Assembly: GCF_001194135.2 (NCBI RefSeq)
Contig: NC_068982.1
Coordinates: 36,923,312-36,987,311, forward strand
Direction of reading: 5' to 3'
DNA length: 64,000 bases
Origin: Octopus bimaculoides
Lineage: Eukaryota
Part shown: piece after piece, positions 52,101 to 59,348 of the stretch
Position numbering within the stretch: the stretch's first letter is position 1
Layout of the letters: every line of letters starts with the position of its first letter
The notes under the pieces: model-generated
What the model saw: the letters and a program-made list of their open reading frames with translations, nothing else
What the model was told of the DNA's origin: nothing
Databases searched by the model: none
Program-made: the position numbers and the translations under genes

Positions 52101-55100
52101 TTAACACTTTCGCCTGAGTTTCACTGACCACAAGTCATATATAATTCAGAAAGATATTCTTCAACTAGCTGTAGGCTTCCCCTTATTTGTATATTTTGGA
52201 AAAGAAGCTAGTGAGCAATAAGATGTAATATTTGGAGAGTTAACAATCAAATAAGCATCCCATTGATGAGCAAAAACAATATTTATTTTCATTTCTATTA
52301 TAGTTGTTGGCATAACTGTGTGGTTAAGAAGTTTGTTTCACAACTATGCAGGTCTATGTTTCAGTCCCACTATGCAGTGTCTTCTATTATAGTATTGGGT
52401 TGACCAAAACCCTGTGAGGGAAATTAGCATATGGAAAGCTGTACAAAGATTATATTCATATAAATGTAGCATGTCCATAGATTACCACTACAATTTGAAA
52501 AATTTAGAAAAAGATGGAAAATAAGAATAGTTACTAAAAATAAGGATAACCAAACTATGTTTACTGGAAAGCATAGGCAAACAAAGTTTTATTAGAAGCA
52601 TCAGATCACTTGCACATGGACTTCATTTGTTTGCATGCAACACACTACATACAATGAATTGTGGAAGAAGTTGTGGATCTTTTTTAAAACGGGGGCCACA
52701 TTTTTCATTAACAAAACACTTTGAAACTTGGAACACTGGTAGAATGTGTCATATAAAACATCTTTTTCTCTTAGTCTTCTTAAAAAAAAAAAGAAATCCC
52801 TAAGTTATTCCATGTTAAAGTTGTCGTATTTCTGTAATTTCAACCAATCACTGACGTCCATTCAGCCGATATACATTAAGTGCCGACTACATAAACAAAC
52901 GATTCTGAAACAATTCTATCGGTGTTAGGGTTAGGGTAAAACAGCAAATTTAAAAAGAAAAAAGCAAAACGAAGCTATGGAAATTAAATACGCTTTACAC
53001 CGCTTAATCAGCCAAAGGAGTNNNNNNNNNNNNNNNNNNNNNNNNNNNNNNNNNNNNNNNNNNNNNNNNNNNNNNNNNNNNNNNNNNNNNNNNNNNNNNN
53101 NNNNNNNNNNNNNNNNNNNNNNNNNNNNNNNNNNNNNNNNNNNNNNNNNNNNNNNNNNNNNNNNNNNNNNNNNNNNNNNNNNNNNNNNNNNNNNNNNNNN
53201 NNNNNNNNNNNNNNNNNNNNNNNNNNNNNNNNNNNNNNNNNNNNNNNNNNNNNNNNNNNNNNNNNNNNNNNNNNNNNNNNNNNNNNNNNNNNNNNNNNNN
53301 NNNNNNNNNNNNNNNNNNNNNNNNNNNNNNNNNNNNNNNNNNNNNNNNNNNNNNNNNNNNNNNNNNNNNNNNNNNNNNNNNNNNNNNNNNNNNNNNNNNN
53401 NNNNNNNNNNNNNNNNNNNNNNNNNNNNNNNNNNNNNNNNNNNNNNNNNNNNNNNNNNNNNNNNNNNNNNNNNNNNNNNNNCACACACACTGCACTTTCA
53501 AAGATGTATGGAATAAGAAATCCCTTACTTGAAAAACACTTAAGGGTTTTATTGACAAGAAGAGCATCAGGCTGTAAAACAATGCCCCAATATATTCATC
53601 TAACTAATAATAACATGGTAGAAATGCATGTAAAAATGAACAAAAGAAACTCACTAATTGAGAAAATTCTGTCTGCTTAGATTATCTTGACACCCTATAG
53701 ACATATGGACCGACATAGATCTTTGTGTAAATTTCTATTATTATATGTGATGTTTTCATTTTTAAAGAGGATTGGGAACTGTATAAAAAATACTAACTTT
53801 TCATTTCCCCCTATAGATTTACTGTAATTTAAAATGTAAAACTGGTTTGAAGTCAGTTTTAAATATTCTGATCTTCCCCATTCCTCTTCTATCTGTTTAT
53901 CCTCATTTTCATACTTTAAAAATTCATATTTTAACACTATCCATACCAAGATGCATATAAGTGTTTCTTATCTACAGTTATGAAATCCCATGTGAACAGT
54001 TAAAAGACCCATTTAAGTGTAACTGGGATTTCACCCTGCTCACTACAATATAGTGAGTAGGGTGCATCTGCCTTGGAGAATTTTATGGCTGTTTGTGAGT
54101 GACATATATGGGCCTTTGGGATTTCATAGCTATCGATAAAAGAGGTTTCTATGCACCTGTGGTATGGATATTGTTAATGCTGATAGTGGATCAGCAATTC
54201 TATTTTTAGCTGTAACTCAGATCCACATTCCAGAATAAGGGGTGTCACATTTAATCATCAAAATTTGTTTGATAATATTATATCTATAAGAATATAAAGA
54301 GTGAGATAGGTAGATAGATAAAACTAAATTACCTAACAGTATTATAGTTTTGTCATAGTGTATTTAGTATTAACTTTGCATTTCTTTCCTCAGAAGTTAA
54401 TAAAATAAGAACCAGTAATATCTTGACATCATTTCAATTGACTTTATCTTTGCCCCACAAAACATAAGATTGCCTAATGCCTAGTCAAAGAAAATCAATA
54501 TTCTATATATTGAAGAATGTGAAAATGTATAATTGTAATAGCGATTTTAAGATAGATGTACTTCCAATTCTTCTGTGTGTGAGGAGATGATGACGGTGGT
54601 GATTGTGAAGTTGATTATAATAGGATGTAGCAAGCTATTGATCTGTCTAGTTTCTTTGTTATTAATGACACACACACACACACCTATTGATAAAAAGTTG
54701 AAAATAACTTGTGTAAAATATTGTAAGAATTGAACACTTTATAATAATTTTCTAAATAAATATTATTTTAATTCATGACACTTTTTTAAAGTACAAAAAT
54801 GTATTTAATGATTTAATGAGTAACAAATATATACATATATTCTCCCTTTTATTTATTCTTGGATGGCTGAAGTCACAGGTGGTTATCCAAGAGTAAGCCA
54901 ACCTAAATTCCATCATAGGGGTGAGATATAAAAATGTTTGAAATATATGATAATAATTTTGAAAATAATAATGGTTTCAGAATTTGACACAAGGCCAGCA
55001 ATTTTAGGGGTGGGGCAACTTGATTGCATTGACCTCTGTACTTGACTGGTACCTTATTTTATTGACCACAAAAGGATGAAAAGCAAAGTTAACCTAAGTG

Positions 55101-58100
55101 GAATTTGATCTTTGAATGTAAACAGTCAGAAGAAATTCCACAATAATATATTCTAATTTTGGCACGAGGTCAGCAATTTTGAAGGGAAAGGGCAAGTCAA
55201 CTACATCAACTCCAGTTTACTGGTATTTAATTTTAATAATAATAAGTTTTTTATTTAAGCACAAGGCCAGCAATTTTTGATGGGTAGAGTTAGTTGATAT
55301 CAACACCCCCAGTATTTAACTAGTACTTTATTTAATCAAAATAACAATCATTAAATATCCATTTTCCATGCCAGTATGGATTGGACAGTTTGACAGGAGT
55401 TGGCAAGCTGGAGAGCTGCACCTGGCATAGTTTCTACATCTGGATGTCCTTCTTAACACCAATCACTTTACAGAGTGTACTGGGTGCTTTTTTTATGTGG
55501 TACCAGCCCAGGTACTTCGTATGTGGCACCAGCACAGACGCTTTTTACATGAAATATTTTGACTTGGAATGTTTTTAATATAAAATGATATTTTAAGACC
55601 CAACCATTTTCAATAATCATTTGACAGTTGTTTTCTTGATAGATGTATTGAGTAGTTTTCATTAATTTATGCTATCTTACAATTCTCATTATACAGGTAA
55701 CACAAGGAAAATCAAACTTAGAAAAAGCTGTTAAATTAGCTCGAAAACTGAAGAAGGAAGTTATTTCAGTACAAGAATTTATTTCCACCAGGAATATTGA
55801 GTTAAATGAAAGAGCAACAGATATTAATTGTAACCTAGATAAAGAAGTGGAATTTATTTCTGTAAGTACTTGTCTATTTTTAAGGTCTTTTTTTTTTTTG
55901 AAAGAATGTGGAACAAAGAATTGTTTATATGATGTTATCATTGTCTGAAATTTTATTTCCTAATGTTCCAGCTTTTTCTGGCAATTCTACTAAAAAATAA
56001 AATTAAACTTGGAAATTTTATTTATTCAATTAGTTTTCTTCTTTTATGAGTTTGCTAATAACTGGAAGTGTGCAATGCATAAATTGTGTTTGATTAATTT
56101 TTAAATAATCTATGGTGAGGAAAATGTCATTTAAGAATTCCAAAAGATGTAGAGCTAGAAAATGTTTCAGAAGATATGGTATCCATTTTGATGGACTAGT
56201 GCCAAAGAGATGTTTGATAGTTATTTTTGACATCAGCATAGTAGAAATAAGTTCAAAGAATAAATCATAGTTATCATGGTAGAATTGGGGAAGAGTCAGC
56301 TGACTGTAAGGTGAAAATTGAAGGGAGTTTGTGAAATGAGTTTTTATGATGTAGCAGAAGTTGCCAAAAGATGTTGATTCTAGAAGTTGTAAACATGTTA
56401 AATGGTTAAAATTTTATTTACTAAAAAGTTATGAGTTTCCAAACTTTCCCTTTTCTGAGCATAAGCATGTAACCAACGAAAGGTCTTCTGCTCTTAAACA
56501 AATAAAAATTATAATTAAAATCAAGAACAATATTTGGTAACTCAACACATGAAAAAGAAAAAAAATATATCAAGAGACACTTGAGGACAACTTAGTGGAC
56601 TTAAAAATGAAAGTAATTCCTGATAGACATTAGATAAAAGACTGTGGATGGTTCTCAATCTGTAGATGAAGAAATATGAAAATAACTTGCTTCATACATT
56701 GCAACAATTAAAAAAGTTTTCTTAAAAATAATATATTTAAGTTATTATCATAAGTAATTTTCTTAGCCAAATAACTCCAAAGAACTTCAAATTGCATACT
56801 GCAGTTGTTCCATCTATTTCCAGGCATTTAAGATGCTTTAATCATAAGCTTGGCCATTGAAAGGCCATATGCAAAAGGTAATTAGCCAGTTGTTGATTTG
56901 AAATAGGTTATGACATGAACTTAACAAAAAGCAAATTCATGATACTTAAATCAAATGTAGCCTGAAGTAAAGAAAACGTCTTAAAGAAGGTGCATATAGT
57001 TCTACTAAGTTCCAATCATTTAAATTAGCTTGGTACATTTCTTAATTGTATCTCAAAATTCTATTCATATATCATCTCACTTCTTTTCTACATTAATAAT
57101 GTGGTCTTTTTAATCCCCCCCCCCTTCCATANNNNNNNNNNCCCCCCCCCCCTTCCATATATTCTGATATTATGCTACAGAGTTTAAAATTGACCATGAG
57201 AACTTTCCTTTGCCAATGACCTAATTCTAAGAGCTGAATCTATCAAAGAATTAAAAATCATCTAAACATGGAAGCAAAGGTTTAATATTAATGGTCCTGC
57301 AAACAAACCAATGAAAATCAAAAAAATTTAGTTAGCAGGAAGGAAGACAAAACTCTGCAGCCATCTCAGAACTGACCAAACTGAACATGAGGAAAAGTAG
57401 TATGTAGGAATTCCATACTGTGTGCCTAGTATAAATTACTGATGCATGAAAGGTGCCATCAAGCTGATTGATACACAAAAAGACTTCTTATGTAATGTAA
57501 AAGGTGCACAGGAGTAGTTAGCAGTAACTGCTCTTATAAAATATATTTTTTCAACTGCTTGGGTGGCTTCTTAAAAGTAGTTGATTTCTAGTGTTATGTA
57601 AAATATTTTGATAGCATATAGCTAGAGTAAAAGTAAGGTGGAAAAAGTCCAGGGAACTATTATTTCTTTTGCCAACAAAATTATTCTTTCTCCAAGTGAA
57701 GGTGAGAGGCAAATTGTATGATGCTGTTGTACAAAGTGTGATGTTGCATAGTGGCAAAGCATAGAACATTGAGGTTTATTTCATTTTCAAACCAACCATT
57801 ATTATCAATGGTTGTTGTGTCATTACATTGCTTTAAATACTTCAACCTCTTTCATATTTGTGATTTAATCTTAACCTTATTTAAATCGCTACATAAAAGT
57901 GCCTTACTGTTAAGGAAATATCAAATCAGATGGCTAAGATATTGTAACATCTATTATTCCTTTACACTTGTACTAAATTTAGTTTCATTTGGTCTATTCT
58001 AATATATGGTCAAATGATTACTGTTAGGAAGAACTTCAAAGTATTCAAAATTTACTCAAATAATTAATTACTACAGTTGTTTTGTTTGCAGTGAATGATC

Positions 58101-59286
58101 CAACTTATGCCAATATAGTGAATGAATATAAAATGTTATAAACAAATAACTGTCATTTCTAATGTTATTTAACCATATTCACTTTTCTTTTTATATTCAA
58201 TATGGCTTTCACTTGCCAATCATTACTTAAAAACATACTAAGACAAAATGAAAAAAAAATTCCTCCTCCTTTGCTCAAAATATTCCGTTTTTATTTACTT
58301 AAATTCTAGTTTCTCATATTGGCTTCTATGATGTGTGTGCACATATATGCACATTCAATTAAATGAATATTTTCTCCTCCATTGATTGATGATTTAATTT
58401 CCTCAAAAGATTTCTTCTTTTTTATGTCATTGAATGTCTTATATTGTTATATGAAAATCATTTTGTAAAAATATTCTGCTCACATTGTTGAGGAGCATAT
58501 GCTGTAGTTTTATATAATCTACTGCATTCTTGTAAAATTCAAACCAATTTTTTTTTTGTCTCAAAAATTGTCTGAATGTCTAGGAAGTGATTGGGTTATT
58601 TAATTTTCTGGTATTCATAGACAAAATAATACTGAAGCATAAATGAAATAATGAAACACTTTGTTATACAACTGTAGATTCACTTCAAGAACCTATTAGG
58701 GTATTCTTATGAATTTAAAAACAAAATTAAAAAAGCAGCTTCTAGTGTTAACACAAAGTAGAACATACTAGTTCTATAACTTGCATGTTCTATTTTATTT
58801 ACTGTCAAATTTTTTAGGATATTCTGATTATGAATTTAAAAACAAGAAAAAAAAACAGCTTCTGGTGTTAACACAAAGTAGAACATACTAGTTCTATAAC
58901 TTGTATGTTCTATTTAATTTACTGTCAAATTTTTTAGTGAGAGAAAATCATAATTGGGATTGAGCTATGAACCCCCCCCCCACCACCACCACCAATCCTG
59001 AATCAATTTATATTCATTTTTTAATACTAATAATCCTTTCTGCTATAGGCACAAGGCCTGAATTTTTTTAGGGAAGGAGGTTAGTCAATCACATCAGTCC
59101 CAATAGTCAAGTTGTATTCAAGAATAATTATTTGTAACTGCTTGTATGTAATGCAAGGAAAGATGTTTTCTTTCATATGAGTTGTATTTTAAACTGTTTA
59201 TCATTTCATCATGACGAAAGATTATTACACAAACTTCTTAATTCTTTTACTCATTCAAACTTACTTGTGTTTTGATTATCTCTCAT

Positions 59287-59348
<62 letters not shown>

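Noticed and set aside
52925-52936. Interstitial telomere or chromosome fusion scar
   Set aside because: Only two TTAGGG units and no inverted array.
57112-57160. Direct repeat CCCCCCCCCCTTCCATA on both sides of a 10-N gap
   Set aside because: Typical unmerged contig overlap; an assembly artefact.
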